64,000 nt of DNA from Octopus sinensis (Eukaryota), in contig NC_043011.1 in assembly GCF_006345805.1 (NCBI RefSeq), forward strand, positions 4,898,001-4,962,000, read 5' to 3'. Positions 40,030 through 53,556 of this stretch are shown in pieces. Under the pieces are notes generated by a model that was given only the letters and a program-made list of their open reading frames with translations, did no database searches and had not been told where the DNA came from. Both the position numbers and the translations under genes were made by a program. Numbering within the stretch: position 1 is the stretch's first letter; each line of letters starts with the position of its first letter.

Positions 40030-40420
40030 TATATATAAGTCAAAGTTAGGACAAAAAAAAACACAACAAATGGAAACCAATAAAACAGAAGAAGCGGGAA
40101 AATAGACGATAGTAGGACAAACGGTAAACAGGACCAAAACAAGATACTCGGATCATTCGCAGGCGATTTGCTCATCAGTCGGAGTCCGGAAAGTCCGTGT
40201 AGTTTCGCCCCCCTTGTCTTTGAGACTGCTCGAATCCGGCGGGCACCAGGGACTTAAGCTAAAAGCATTATGCATCTGGAAAAGGCAAACGAATGTATAC
40301 AAAAACGGAAACAGGAACAGAAACGAAAACGAAAACGAAAACGCTAGATTTATACATGTACAGCTGCTGTTTTTAGGTGGGAAGATAGGATGTAAGGTAA
40401 ACGAGGTTTTGCTTGCTACT
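40030..40420 (-). mobile_element. Diverged relative of the 7190-7583 element
   Basis: Same motif order on the minus strand, ending at a TA-rich tract; boundaries approximate. Confidence 0.5.
40170..40230 (-). ncRNA. Second, partly decayed rearranged hammerhead ribozyme
   Basis: Minus strand GCAGT-C-TCAAAGAC..GC-GAA-ACTAC..GACTCCGA-CTGATGA-GC. Strand order and spacing match 7429-7489. Confidence 0.55.
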
Positions 40421-40477
40421 TCTATCAAGTCGAATCTCCACATAGTGACTCATTCACTGATTTTGTTTGTATGTGAT

Positions 40478-40687
40478 TCAGTCACTGGACTGTGGCCATG
40501 CTGGGGCTCTGCTCTTAAGAGTTTAGTCGAACAAATTGACCCACGTATGCATATGTCTTTCTTTTTTTTTTAAGTCTGGTACTTATTCTATCTATCACCT
40601 TTTGCCAAACAACCATGTTATGGCTACGTAAACAAACCAATACTGGTTGTGAAGCGGTAGGAGGAAACGAACACAAACACCCCCCTC

Positions 40688-40729
<42 letters not shown>

Positions 40730-40788
40730 TACATATACATACATGTATATATGTGTGTGTACACAAATACATACATACATACACATAT

Positions 40789-40862
<74 letters not shown>

Positions 40863-41255
40863 ATATATATTATATATATTATAGGGAGGAGGAGAGAGAG
40901 AGAGAGACAGAGAGAGAGACAGAAAGACAGACAGACAGACAGACAGATAGATAGATATAATGATTCTCTTTCGTGAACGACAAATAAAAGTTTGATAAAA
41001 TAAAGCAGTAATCATGTTGTGTGTGTGTGTGGTGTATGTGTGTGTATGTTATGATATATACTATATTATAGTATTATGTACTCATATGACGGGCTTCCAC
41101 GCAGTTTCCGTCTACCAAATTAACTCACAAAAGTATTAGTCTGTCCAGTACTATGGCAGATGACATTTGCCCAAGGTGCCACGCGATGGAACTGAACCCA
41201 ACACCACGCCACTGACAAAGCGAGTGTCTTAACCTCACAACCGTGTCAGCGCCTA
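40478..41255 (-). mobile_element. SINE family A with ~400-bp expanded internal microsatellite
   Basis: 3' half at 40478-40680 and 5' half at 41087-41255. Confidence 0.75.
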
Positions 41256-41268
41256 TTTACTTCTGTGA

Positions 41269-41685
41269 CTAGGGTGGTGAGCTGGCAGACATGTTAGCGC
41301 GCCGGGCGAAATGCTTAGCGGTATTTCGTCTGCCGTTACGTTGTGAGTTCAAATTCCGCTGAGATCGACTTTGCCTTTCATCCTTTCGGGGTCGATTAAA
41401 TAAGTACCAGTTATGCACTGGGGTCGATGTAATCGACTAAATACCTATGTCTGTCCTTGTTTGTCCCCTCTGTGTTTAGCCCCTTGTGGGTAATAAAGAA
41501 ATAGGTATTTCGTCTGCCTACGTTCTGAGTTCAAATTCCGCCGAGGTCGACTTTGCCTTTCATCCTTTCAGGGTCGATAAATAAAGTACCAGTTTCGCAG
41601 TGGGGTCGATGTAATCGACTTAATCCGTTTGTCTGTCCTTGTTTGTCCCCTCTGTGTTTAGCCCCTTGTGGGCAGTAAAGAAATA
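41269..41685 (+). mobile_element. Dimeric SINE family B
   Basis: Head plus two bodies inside one 15-bp TSD TATTTACTTCTGTGA (41254-41268, 41686-41700). Confidence 0.85.
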
Positions 41686-42621
41686 TATTTACTTCTGTGA
41701 TGTTCGTGTGTGTCGACTGGAGGGATACAGAACAGTCTTTCTCAGCCACCTTTTTTTTTTCTACTTATGGACCGTTTTGATATCTATTTGATTTGCTTGG
41801 ACTTTCCTAGCCATTCCATGTTTTTAAAAAATCCTATTGTATTTTTATAATTAAAAATTATTTTGGAATTGTAGAAGTGTAACCAATTTATTGCAGATAA
41901 ATTTTAACAGCAGAATCTCATGTGGGTCCTGAAGTGCCATATGGACCCTATTGAGCACCACTGATACCGAGGGTCACATAGTGTTGCTAAGGTTGCAATA
42001 CATTGGCATTACCTACCATCGAATGTTCCAGTTGTGGTATTTACCTGCTGAAATAAAATAAAATAAAATAAAAAAAATCTACTGAAATACATAAAATGTA
42101 AATATTATTCTTAGTAGTACAGTTGTGTGAGGGTGAGTTCTCTCATAGATTTATCAATGAAACAGTCTTCCGCATTCAATGTTGATACTGTAATGTTTAT
42201 ACGTAAGCTAGCAATAACTCGACCTTGATTATTCGCCTGAATGCGTCAATTACAAGTCGTATTCTTTATCCCTCAGTCAGGAAACCTAACTCTGCTTATC
42301 AAACTGGCTGATGCATTACATTGATTAAGGTTAAAGTATTAGTTACCTCCCTTTGGGAGTAGTGACGCAGATTCCTGCTTCCATCGTTTTCAATTGTTCT
42401 CCGCTAAGACAATCAAATCGATGTTGTGCATGGATGCTGCTTGGAAAATACATCAATGTCACATAATCTCATCAGTTTCCATATGGAACACTATGGCCTT
42501 ATGCTTAAATATTGTTGTCTTTCTCCTGCTCATGTTTGATTTAGCAGGCCTTTGATGAAGGGCATTCCGCCTATAAAAATCATATGAGTTCCAGGTTGTG
42601 TGTGTGTGTGCGCGCGCGTGG

Positions 42622-42653
<32 letters not shown>

Positions 42654-43491
42654 CTGTATTCGCACCCACGTGCGAGTGCGTGCGTACACGCCCACGCACA
42701 TACATATATGAGAGACGGAATGGAATACATTCATATATTTTTTCCTTCTCTATGATTAGTTGTAATTATTGCGAGATTTGACTGCTATTTCTTGCTCTTC
42801 AAACGACCACAAAGATGTGCCCTTACTGACATGTTACGTTTAGGTAGTGTTAGGTAATGTGGCAATGATTTAACCACGCAGTCTTCGACTAAATATCTTA
42901 CACTACAGCATTTATTTTCCGTTTATATCAGTGTTCCGGGTCAACTTCATCGTTTAATTCACGGAGAAAATGTCTGAGAAAAAACCCCTCACAATTGTGG
43001 TATTTCTTCCTTTTCTTCACTCTCTGAGTTCAAATCGCACTGAGGTCATCTTTGCCTTTCAATCTTACGGGGTCGGTAAAATAAGTACCAGTCGAGCTTT
43101 GTGTTGCATGAAATCGATTTGCCCCTCCTCTCAAAATTTCAAGTCTTGTACTATAGTAGAAACCGTTATCTTTATTATTGTCGTAGTTGATGATGTTGCT
43201 GTTATTCAGTAGTTTATTTCTATTGCGCCCTTTCACTGCACTACCAAGAAGCATGTCACATGATGTATAGACAAAGGTATACAGAAACACGTATACACAG
43301 GTATTCACACCCACACCCGCATACACCACACACACACACACACACATATATATAAGAAAGAGATGACAAAAGAATAACCACTTATCTTCTGAACTGCATT
43401 ACCTTAAAGCTGTTTCCACAAGATGTTGTGGGTGCATAGTTGAGTGCCTGAGTATAATACCGTAAAGCTTCATCAGAGCCTAATGTGTGTG

Positions 43492-43546
<55 letters not shown>

Positions 43547-43629
43547 ATATATAATATATATATATTATATATATAAGTGTGGTTGTGTACGTACGATGAT
43601 CTTTCAATTTCAATCTGAAAAATCGACTC

Positions 43630-44915
43630 GCAAACTTTGGTCGACGCGGTGCTAAACTGCAAAAGTGCAAGTGTCCTGTTGTCCGTCCCTTCTAACATTC
43701 TTCTGATTCTTTTCTTTTTTTTCTCTCCTTTTTATATATGGTGTTTGCTTACACCATATATTTTATGCTTGCATGTCTTAATACTGGCGTAACTTCCCCT
43801 GTATGAAATTTCTGTCATATTTATTGAGGTATTTTCACTTGGTTAAGTGCGATAATGTTGTTAATTGTTTCTTCCAAACTTCCACATTTTCTGTATTCTT
43901 CCTTATACGCTTATCGTGGTTCCTTGTTGGAAGACTCTGATTTTATGCTGCAAAAAAGAAAAGAAGTCTGTTTCAGCTGCGAATCCTGTGCGCCTCTGTA
44001 TTGTGAATTTTTTCGTCTATTTCCATATTTTCACTCTTTTCAGATTTGTGACGTTGTGATATATACCTGCAATTACATTAGAAAGGCATTCTATGGCCCC
44101 GTTTTAAGCTTACTTTATTTAGTTTTACACAACTTTTGTAACTGTTTCTCCTCTTTTCTCCAAAATTTCTGTCATTTCAGCTTTGTGTATTTGTTGGCTT
44201 TGTTTTTAGGTGAGAAAATTGTTTTTGATTGCTTCGTGTTTTGTACCTATTTGTACTAGGGTTCCATTATTCTTTGTTAGATATTTTTGTATTTCTACAG
44301 TTTTATACAAGCTTAATACAAGTTTCCTAGTTGTATAAAGCCTCATCTTTCTCTATAAGTGGTAAATAAAAATTTTCTATTCTAGATTTTGGGTGGGCTA
44401 TATTCAAAATGCGATTATTACTTTTTCAAGTCCATTTTCTGTCTAATCTTGCGAGGTCATTTGACGTTCAGGTTTTAGAAAATAGTATAACTATAAGTTA
44501 TGACTGATGCCTAGTATTCTCATTTTACATTTATCTAATACGTTTATGATATTCTTTCCCGGCCTTTTCTTTCATTTGAGCGTTGTACATTGGCTAATTT
44601 ATTGATTTCTATGTATTTGTAAGTCTGTGTATGTTGTAATTCTTTTATATCTCTTTCGTTTTTTAGAATAATAATAGCACTCTTTAAGTAACTTCCTTCT
44701 CTTCCAGATTTCTTCGACGTATTTTCTCATCTGAATTCCATTAATTTCTCAAGTCCTTGTACTATCCACAGCTGTGTTTCTAGTTGTTTATTACTGGCAG
44801 TCTACAACCTGTCATCTATAATCTAAACACCGTTACTTTTGCCGCCATAGCATATGAACTCGAGTCCAGTTCTGTTTAACATATTGGTTAATTATTTTAG
44901 TGCTAGGCAGAAAAG
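43630..44915 (-). pseudogene. Decayed non-LTR retrotransposon RT region, R4/Dong-like
   Basis: Frameshifted motifs LFCLAL..LTNMLNRTG, IDD (YMDD position), TYKYI, HPKS.IE, RGFIQL; boundaries approximate. Confidence 0.65.
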
Positions 44916-45199
44916 TTTGCCGGGGTCCAGCGTTACGTTTAGATCCGAATTTATGATTGTTTTATTTTATTTATTTGCTTTTGTAGAATAATGATGTAAA
45001 CATGTAGATGAGCAAATAAAAAAGAAATTCACCTTTTGTCCATTTATGTTGTTTCTGTTCTGTTTGCGTGACTCAAAGAATACAATTCATTTCATTATTT
45101 AGATTGACACAATTTTCATCGGGAACTAATATATTATTATTATTATTATCATCATCATCATCATCATTATTATTATTATCATTATTATTATTATTATCA

Positions 45200-45289
<90 letters not shown>

Positions 45290-47251
45290 TTATGTTTTGA
45301 AGCATTCGTACGTCTCTTGAGACGGCTCGGAGAAAGTTGGATTGTTACCAAGTTTTACCGGAAGAAAATTTTTCATTTTTGGATTATTTTGCAAACATGA
45401 GACTTCGAAACGTTTGGACGTCTATTCCAATACCCGGTATAGATAAAAGGTCTGTTTTTGCTTTCGACATATATTTTTCATTTCGTATTTATATTTACTT
45501 CACTATGGCTTCCCGTTCTAGAACAGCTGTGAATGTCCTCACGAAAACTAGCTTTGAACGTTACAACACAAAATATAAACAGATTAAAATAAAACAAATT
45601 CTATTAATGTAGTAGACATTTTCACGTTGTTTAATAATAACAAAAAAGACATAACGCAATTTCAACTGGTTTAAAGATTTTATTTATATGATACAAGTAC
45701 AGATATTAACTACAGTAACAACAACGACAACACCCGTAACAACGGGGGCTAGCATTTCTAGCCAAAGAGAATTACCTGACAAAACAATAAGTAAAAACAA
45801 AGTGGCAGTGGTTTGTCACCAAAGAAAATACTTCCTTGCCTGATGGACGTATCTAAGAAAGGCGAGAAGGAAGTTCGCGATTGAAGCAGAATATGTTTAA
45901 TAATCAAAAGAACAGATGAAAGAATCTTTAAGGGACGTATGGAAACACGTTTTCTTATCAAGCGGAAAAGAGCATAAGGGAATATGTGCCTAATATTCAA
46001 AACTTAAGATGAGGTTACAAAAAAGATACAAATAGTGCAAGACACAACTTTCCCTCCCGCATATACATTAGGCAACAAAACACGAGTAAAGTGATGAACA
46101 CCAATGTGACGCGAAATGACATGTTTGAGTGGAATGTACATGGATGTACTGGTTCTCATCTCCAAATACCACCACAGAACAAACCTAGAGCTGCATTCCG
46201 TCGTGACTGCAGAGATAAAGCTGGAAGGAAGGTATCTTCGTTATTGAGCGTGTGACGCCAAGAGTTACTTGACGTCTTTTGTTAAGAAGGACTTGGAACA
46301 GTAGGGAAAATGAGTAACATGAGCAAGAGAGGATCGCAGGAGATACCGTTTTTTTAACATTGCAGTGAAGTCTTCAACTTCATCGTCGAGAGAAGCTATC
46401 TTACATACTCTCCAGTGGGATGTACAAGCTCTTATCTTCATAGGTCTGCAGAAATTGAATTGATGATAGACCCTGACGTAATATAAAAGAACAAAAGAAG
46501 GGGTTAGCTTCCTGTTATCCCAAGGGTCATCAGAAATTGTCGAAGGTGCAGTTGTGAATAATAGCATAAAAGATGCACGCGGATATTAGATTCACTCAAT
46601 TTCAGCAGTGCATATTCAAAGAAACATCTTTTCTTGTGCATGAAAGCAAGTGACATAGGTCTAACTCCATTTTTAGGATCCGGCGTGATTTTTGAGACGT
46701 TTCTTAATAAAATAAAACAAAAATGCGTCTTTTATGCCATCAAATGCAATACATATATTTAAGTTATAAATGCAGGCAACTGACTTTCTATAAATCCAAT
46801 GGAGAGTACATAGAAATCATGTGAATGGCAGAGGATGTACAACATAGAGCAAGAAACTTTATCGTTCAAATTTCATAAAGTTTTAGGAACCGTTAGATGT
46901 TAGTGTTTGTTTTAGATCGAGGGTCAATACTATGGTTAGAGTTAACCAAATTTAAACTTTGTTTTAATGACAAGACTACTTTAAGGGTTAGAGTTGAGAA
47001 GCATAATTTTAGTTGTGGAGATGCGTGGCTTAGTGGTTAGGGTAATGGACTCATAATCGTACGATTGTTGTTCCGATTCCTGGACCGGGCGATACGCTGT
47101 GTTTTTGAGCAAAACACTTCATTTTATATTGATTCTGTCCACTATGCTAGTTAAAAATGAGTAATCCTAACAAGGACGAGCCTCTCGCTCGGGGAGGAAT
47201 ATACACGTCAGAGAAACCGACAAACCGGAGTAAAGTGGACTAACCATAATA

Positions 47252-47476
47252 CTCTTTACTCTCTCTTTTACTCTTTTACTTGTTTCAGTCATTTGACTGC
47301 GGCCATGCTGGAGCACCGCCTTTAATTGAGCACCTCAACCCCAGGACTTATTCTTTTTGTAAGCCCAGTACTTATGCTATCGGTCTCTTTTTGCCGAACT
47401 GCTAAGTTACGGGGACATAAACACACCGGCATCGGTTGTCAAGCAATGCTAGGGGGACAAACACAGCACAACCAAC

Positions 47477-47507
<31 letters not shown>

Positions 47508-47737
47508 CCACACACACACATATATATATATATATATTATATATAATATATATATATATATATTATATATATACGACGGGTTCTTTCAGTTTCCGTCTAC
47601 CAAATCCACTCACAAGGCTTTGGTCGGCCCGAGGCTATAGTAGAAGACACTTGCCCAAGGTGCCACGCAGTGGGACTGAACCCAGAACCATGTGGTTGGT
47701 AAACAACTTACTTACCACACAGCCACTCCTGCGCCTA
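47252..47737 (-). mobile_element. SINE family A, young full-length copy
   Basis: Near-consensus; head duplicated at 48437-48601. Confidence 0.9.
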
Positions 47738-48198
47738 TTATTTATTCTGAAGTTAAGAGTTAGTGTCTGGTTTAAGATTAGATATAGAATTAGATTAAAG
47801 GATAATATGTGAGATAGGATTAAGTTTAGTAATAGAGATATTGTTAATGTGCACGTTACATTTAAAATTAGGACTAGCTATAAGGTTAACCTGAAAGCAG
47901 AATTAGGTTTGGGGGTGAATATTTTAGAGTTAGGGTTAAGGATAAGTTATATACAAAGTGCAAAATTTTACTAGTTAGTAATTCAACAGCGTTGTGTGAG
48001 AAAACAAGCGAGAAAAAACGAAGCTGGTTTTCCAGTTCTACGAATGGCATGGGTTCAAGGAAAGATTTCATAAACAATGAGAGTCTTTAAAATTTACGCT
48101 TCCTGTTTGAACGCTGTTATAAGTATTATATGTATACATTACAATTATACTCAACAACACGCGCTCGTAAACACCACACAGACACACACCACACACAA

Positions 48199-48231
<33 letters not shown>

Positions 48232-48345
48232 CACACATAAACAAGTGCGCGCGCACATAGCTCTGCTCTACATGTATGGATATGTATACCTATATATAAT
48301 ATAATTATATACATAAGCAAAAGTCTCCCTCTCACACTCCCTCTC

Positions 48346-48395
<50 letters not shown>

Positions 48396-49060
48396 ATATT
48401 ATATATATATATCTATTATATATATATCTATATTATACGACGGGCTCTTTCAGTTTCCGTCTACCAAATCCACTCACAAGGCTTTGGTCGGCCCGAGGCT
48501 ATAGTAGAAGACACTTGCCCAAGGTGCCACGCAGTGGGACTGAACCCAGAACCATGTGGTTGGTAAACAAATTACTTACCACACAGCCACTCCTGCGCCT
48601 ATTATTATTTATTCTGAAGTTAAGATTTAGGCTGGTTTAAGATTAGATATAGAATTAGATTAAAGGATAATATGTGAGATAGGATTAAGTTTAGTAATAG
48701 AGATATTGTTAATGTGCACGTTACATTTAAAATTAGGACTAGCTATAAGGTTAACCTGAAAGCAGAATTAGGTTGGGGGTGTAATATTTTAGAGTTAGGG
48801 TTAAGGATAAGTTATATACAAAGTGCAAAATTTTACTAGTTAGTAATTCAACAGCGTTGTGTGAGAAAACAAGCGAGAAAAAACGAAGCTGGTTTTCCAG
48901 TTCTACGAATGGCATGGGTTCAAGGAAAGATTTCATAAACAATGAGAGTCTTTAAAATTTACGCTTCCTGTTTGAACGCCTGTTATAAGTATTATATGTA
49001 TACATTACATATTATACTCAACAACACGCGCTCGTAAACACACACAGACACACACACACA

Positions 49061-49103
<43 letters not shown>

Positions 49104-49209
49104 AACAAGTGCGCGCGCACATAGCTCTGCTCTACATGTATGGATATGTATACCTATATATAATATAATTATATACATAAGCAAAAGTCTCCCTCTCACA
49201 CTCCCTCTC

Positions 49210-49260
<51 letters not shown>
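47572..49260. repeat. ~865-bp near-perfect tandem duplication
   Basis: 47572-48400 is repeated at 48436-49260; breakpoints fall in (TA)n. Confidence 0.95.
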
Positions 49261-49266
<6 letters not shown>

Positions 49267-49334
49267 CATATATATATATACATATATAGATATATATACA
49301 CATACAGTATATATATACAGTATATATATATATG

Positions 49335-49366
<32 letters not shown>

Positions 49367-49792
49367 TACAGTATATATATATATACAAAAACATATTATA
49401 CTTGCATGTATGTATGCATATTTACAGGTCTATATGTATATATTTGTGCATGTGTGTGTGCGTGTGTCTCTATATGTGTGTGTATGAGTGCGTGTGTGCA
49501 CGTTTGCACATACGCACACACAGACACGCACACATTAATCACATTAGGAGGCATTTGACGATTCACTCTGTTGCCACTCAGTAGTTTCACGCTTCCTGCA
49601 TTCAATCAACCAACGTTTCGACGTTTCGACGTTCCCTGATTGAACACACGTCGCGTCAAGCTTAACGGTGGCAACGAAGTGGATCAGAAACTGACTCCTA
49701 TTAAATAATAACTTCACATGATATATTGAGTACGTCTATCGTTTGAAACAGAAACTGCTATATATATGTATATATGTTTATGTATATATATA

Positions 49793-49851
<59 letters not shown>

Positions 49852-50905
49852 ATATATATATATAATATTTATATATATATATTATATTATATATATATAT
49901 ATATATATAATTTATATATATTATATATATATTATATATATAATTATATATATAATATATATTATATATATATATATATATATAATTATATATTATATAT
50001 GTATGTATGTATAATATATATAATATATATATATATATATATACATATCTATTTATACATATATACATATATAATATGTACATATATATACATATACATA
50101 TATATATTACACATATATATGTACATATATACATATACATATTATGTACACACATATACATATATATGTATATATATGTATATATACATATACATATAAT
50201 TATGTATGTATATATACATTATATAATATCGTATATGCACTAGATATATATATATATGTATGCGCGTATGTGTGTGTACATACATATATGCATACATACA
50301 TGCATGCATATATATATATATATGTGTGTATGTGTGTGTGTGTATACAAGCATATTTATACGTATACATATTCATATATGTATAAGCACATAAATATATG
50401 AAAATAAACATTTATATACACACACATATATATGTGGTACGCACATACACCTGAACACATGTATATACACCGATTTACAACACACACACACACAATATAA
50501 CGCCTTCATATATGAGTGTTTTTGTAATTATGCGCATTTGTAGCTCTCCTTCATAAGCTTAATTAACTAACAGTAGCTACCACTATGTGAGTTTATGAGT
50601 GTGCTACTGTGTGCACGCATGCATGTGTGTATTTATATATATCTGAGTGTGCGTGTGTATGCATATTTATACGTATGTACGTAAGTATATATGTATATAC
50701 ATAAATATGTATGTATAAATATACGTATAGAAATACATACATATATAATATATACAAATATATGTTTATATATATATATATATGTATATACACATATGCA
50801 CATATATATCTAATATATTTATGTATATACATGCATTTATATATGTAAACATGCATGTATACTATATGTGTATATATATATCTATATATCCTAATATATA
50901 TATAT

Positions 50906-50950
<45 letters not shown>

Positions 50951-52460
50951 GTACCCTGTACACACACACACATACATAAAGTTTACGCACGCATTCACAT
51001 CCTCGTACATAAATGTGTAGGTTGTATTTTAAACAGATGTGGAAGACATTAGCTCAGTTTAAAATCCAACGATAATAGCAATAATATAAATGTAAAAAGC
51101 AAAAAAAAAGCAGATAATTAAAACTGAAATTTACCAAAACTTATGTACCCGAAAGTAACACCAGCCGATTTTGGTTCCTTCCTCTGGTAATTAATTTCTC
51201 CCCCAAATCACCTCCATGGCACTATCACCGGCACTTAAAGCACCCAGTTATTGCTCTACCTCTCTATCTTCAAGACTCAACAATTCTGCTTTCACAGTTA
51301 TAGCCATACAATAATACCCGACTTAATTGTATCAATTAACGATCATTTATTTATGATCTTTGATCGTAAACTAGTGTAATTACTCTACACAAACACACAG
51401 ACAGAAAGACAGACACACACACACAGACACACACGCACACGCACACATACACACATATATATATATTTGCAGGGAGACAGAGAAAGAGAAAAATGGAAAG
51501 AGTGTGTGTGTGTAAGAGTCAGTGTGTGTGAAAAAGTGAGTGTGTACGTGTTTGTGTGTGTGTGTGTGTATGTGTGTATGTGTGTGTGTGAGAGAGAGAG
51601 AGAGGGAGAGAGAGAGTGTCTCTTTGTGAAAGAGAGCGATAGACTGCGTACATGTCTGTGTGTGTGTGAGTTTGTGTGTGTGAGTGATAGAGTGAGTGAG
51701 AGTGAGTGATTGTGTGTATGAGTGCATATGTGTGTGTATGTAACAGAGTGAGAGAGAGAGAGAGATAGAGAGGAGAGAGAGAGAGAGAGAGAGTGAGGGA
51801 GATTGTGTATGCGTGTATGAGAAAGAGAGACATTAACATAGAGATAGAGATGGACAGTGCAAGAGAGAAACAATGACAGAAATAGAGAGAAAGAAGTCTG
51901 CTATCTTGATTTAAGGTCAAATAAACGAACTTCAGTTACTTCTAAATTTGTGCGTAGTTTTTGAGCAAATTTTGAAAAAAGGGCAGTTTTGTTAGCTCTC
52001 TCTTTTTTCCTTTATTTCCCTTCTGTTTTGTTCTAGCCATGTTAATTGTAATTCTGGCTTGTTTGTGAGAGTTTGAGTTGCAAGTCCCTAATTGCAGCTT
52101 GTTGCGGTTATCAGTTTAATTTGGTTGAAATTAATGCATTAATTAGGTAAAACTAATGTTACGAAGAAATTTAGGCCAATAATGATAGCGTTGTGTTTAT
52201 GAATTTGTGAAACCGTGTGTCCAAACAGATATTGTCATATTTTCTGGATTGTTTTGTCTTTTCTTTTCTTTTTTTCTTGCCAAATAAACAGACGCACTAC
52301 ATATATATTCGTTCTTCACTCGATTATTAATGTTCTTATTTTATCTTATATGTCAATCAATAAGGTATTAAAACAGAATGACTCTTCCCAGACACAATAA
52401 AATATGCTTCAACACAGGAATTGATATGAAGGATCTTGCAAACCAAGTACAAAAATTATA

Positions 52461-52509
<49 letters not shown>

Positions 52510-52578
52510 TGACAACCAAAGAACGAACGAGACCTCGATATTATGTAAAGTAGAGGAATTTATATATATATATATGTC

Positions 52579-52759
52579 TAATATGTGACAATTAGCTGGT
52601 TGTCATAATAAAACTCAGAGTTTCGGATGCCGGGGCTGAAGTCTGCTCCGGCATCTCATCAGTTAAGACAAATAACTGATGAGATGCCGGATCAGACTGC
52701 AGCTCCGGCATCCGAGACTCTGAGTTTTCTCATGACAACCAACTAATTGTCACATATTA
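52579..52759. mobile_element. Fold-back with two opposed hammerhead motifs
   Basis: Minus arm CTGATGA-GATGCCGG..CCGGCATC-C-GAAAC-TCTGA-GTT; plus arm is the same with GAAA mutated to GAGA. Confidence 0.7.
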
Positions 52760-52778
52760 TATATATATAATATATATA

Positions 52779-53556
52779 TAAGTAATACTAAGCAATAAGG
52801 TTTTAGCAACGAGTTGCCTTACCACATATACCGAATTTAGAAATAGCAGTCAAAGGGTTATAGCTATTTCTTCTTCTACTAAAAAGGAGATCTCAGTAAA
52901 AACAGCATTTGGAAGGCAGACACAAACAGGTAAGAGAGAATGAATTGACTGCAATCTATCATACATTTTTTTAGTTATCCACGGACGTACGTTTCGAAAT
53001 CAAGTTTTTAGGAAAGCATAAGAATTAAATATTAAATATTAAATAATTGAATTCGGTGATACCAGTTGCGGATTCTAGCTCGCTCTGATACTGAGTTGAG
53101 TTGGTGCCTTCTGGTATCTCAAAATTCAATATATAATCATTTATGATTATAGTATTCTACGCTGAAGAGAAAAGAAGTTTCGGTAAGATAGAATTATTAA
53201 TATTTAATATTTAATTCTTATGCTTTCCTAAAAACTTGATTTCGAAACGTACGTCCGTGGATAACTAAAAAAATGTATGATAGATTGCAGTCAATTCTTC
53301 TCTCTTACCTGTTTGTTGTCTGCCTTCCAATGCTGTTTTTACTGAGATCTCCCTTTTTAGTAGAAGAAATAGCTATAACCCTTTGACTGCTATTTCTAAA
53401 TTCGGTATGTGGTAAGGCAACTCGTTGCAAAACCCTTATTGCTTAGTATTACTTAAATTTTCCTCGAATGAGGCTTTTACATGCCGAAGACTACTTGGTG
53501 TAATTGATAATTTTTCCAAATTAATTAATTTCACCCTTCATTATTACGGATAACTA
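52779..53556. mobile_element. Penelope-like inverted pLTR pair (~265-bp arms) between (TA)n tracts
   Basis: 52779-53045 is the reverse complement of ~53194-53455; contains an HHR. Confidence 0.75.
53153..53263 (+). ncRNA. Type I hammerhead ribozyme with long stem II
   Basis: TCTACG-CTGAAGA-G...C-GAAAC-GTAC-GTC-CGTGGA. The ~75-nt stem II insert folds back (GAAA/TTTC, AAGTTT/AAACTT, AGAATTA/TAATTCT). Confidence 0.8.

Noticed and set aside
45355-45430. CCGGAAGA...CGAAACGT-TTGG-ACGTC (and 9055-9085) HHR-like halves
   Set aside because: CUGANGA is absent or broken and the supporting stems are unconvincing
46265-46567. 100-aa ORF with DDEVEDF, faintly like an RTE endonuclease
   Set aside because: A single weak motif with no other support
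47745-47950. TTAGGG-like degenerate hexamers
   Set aside because: Too degenerate to call interstitial telomeric sequence
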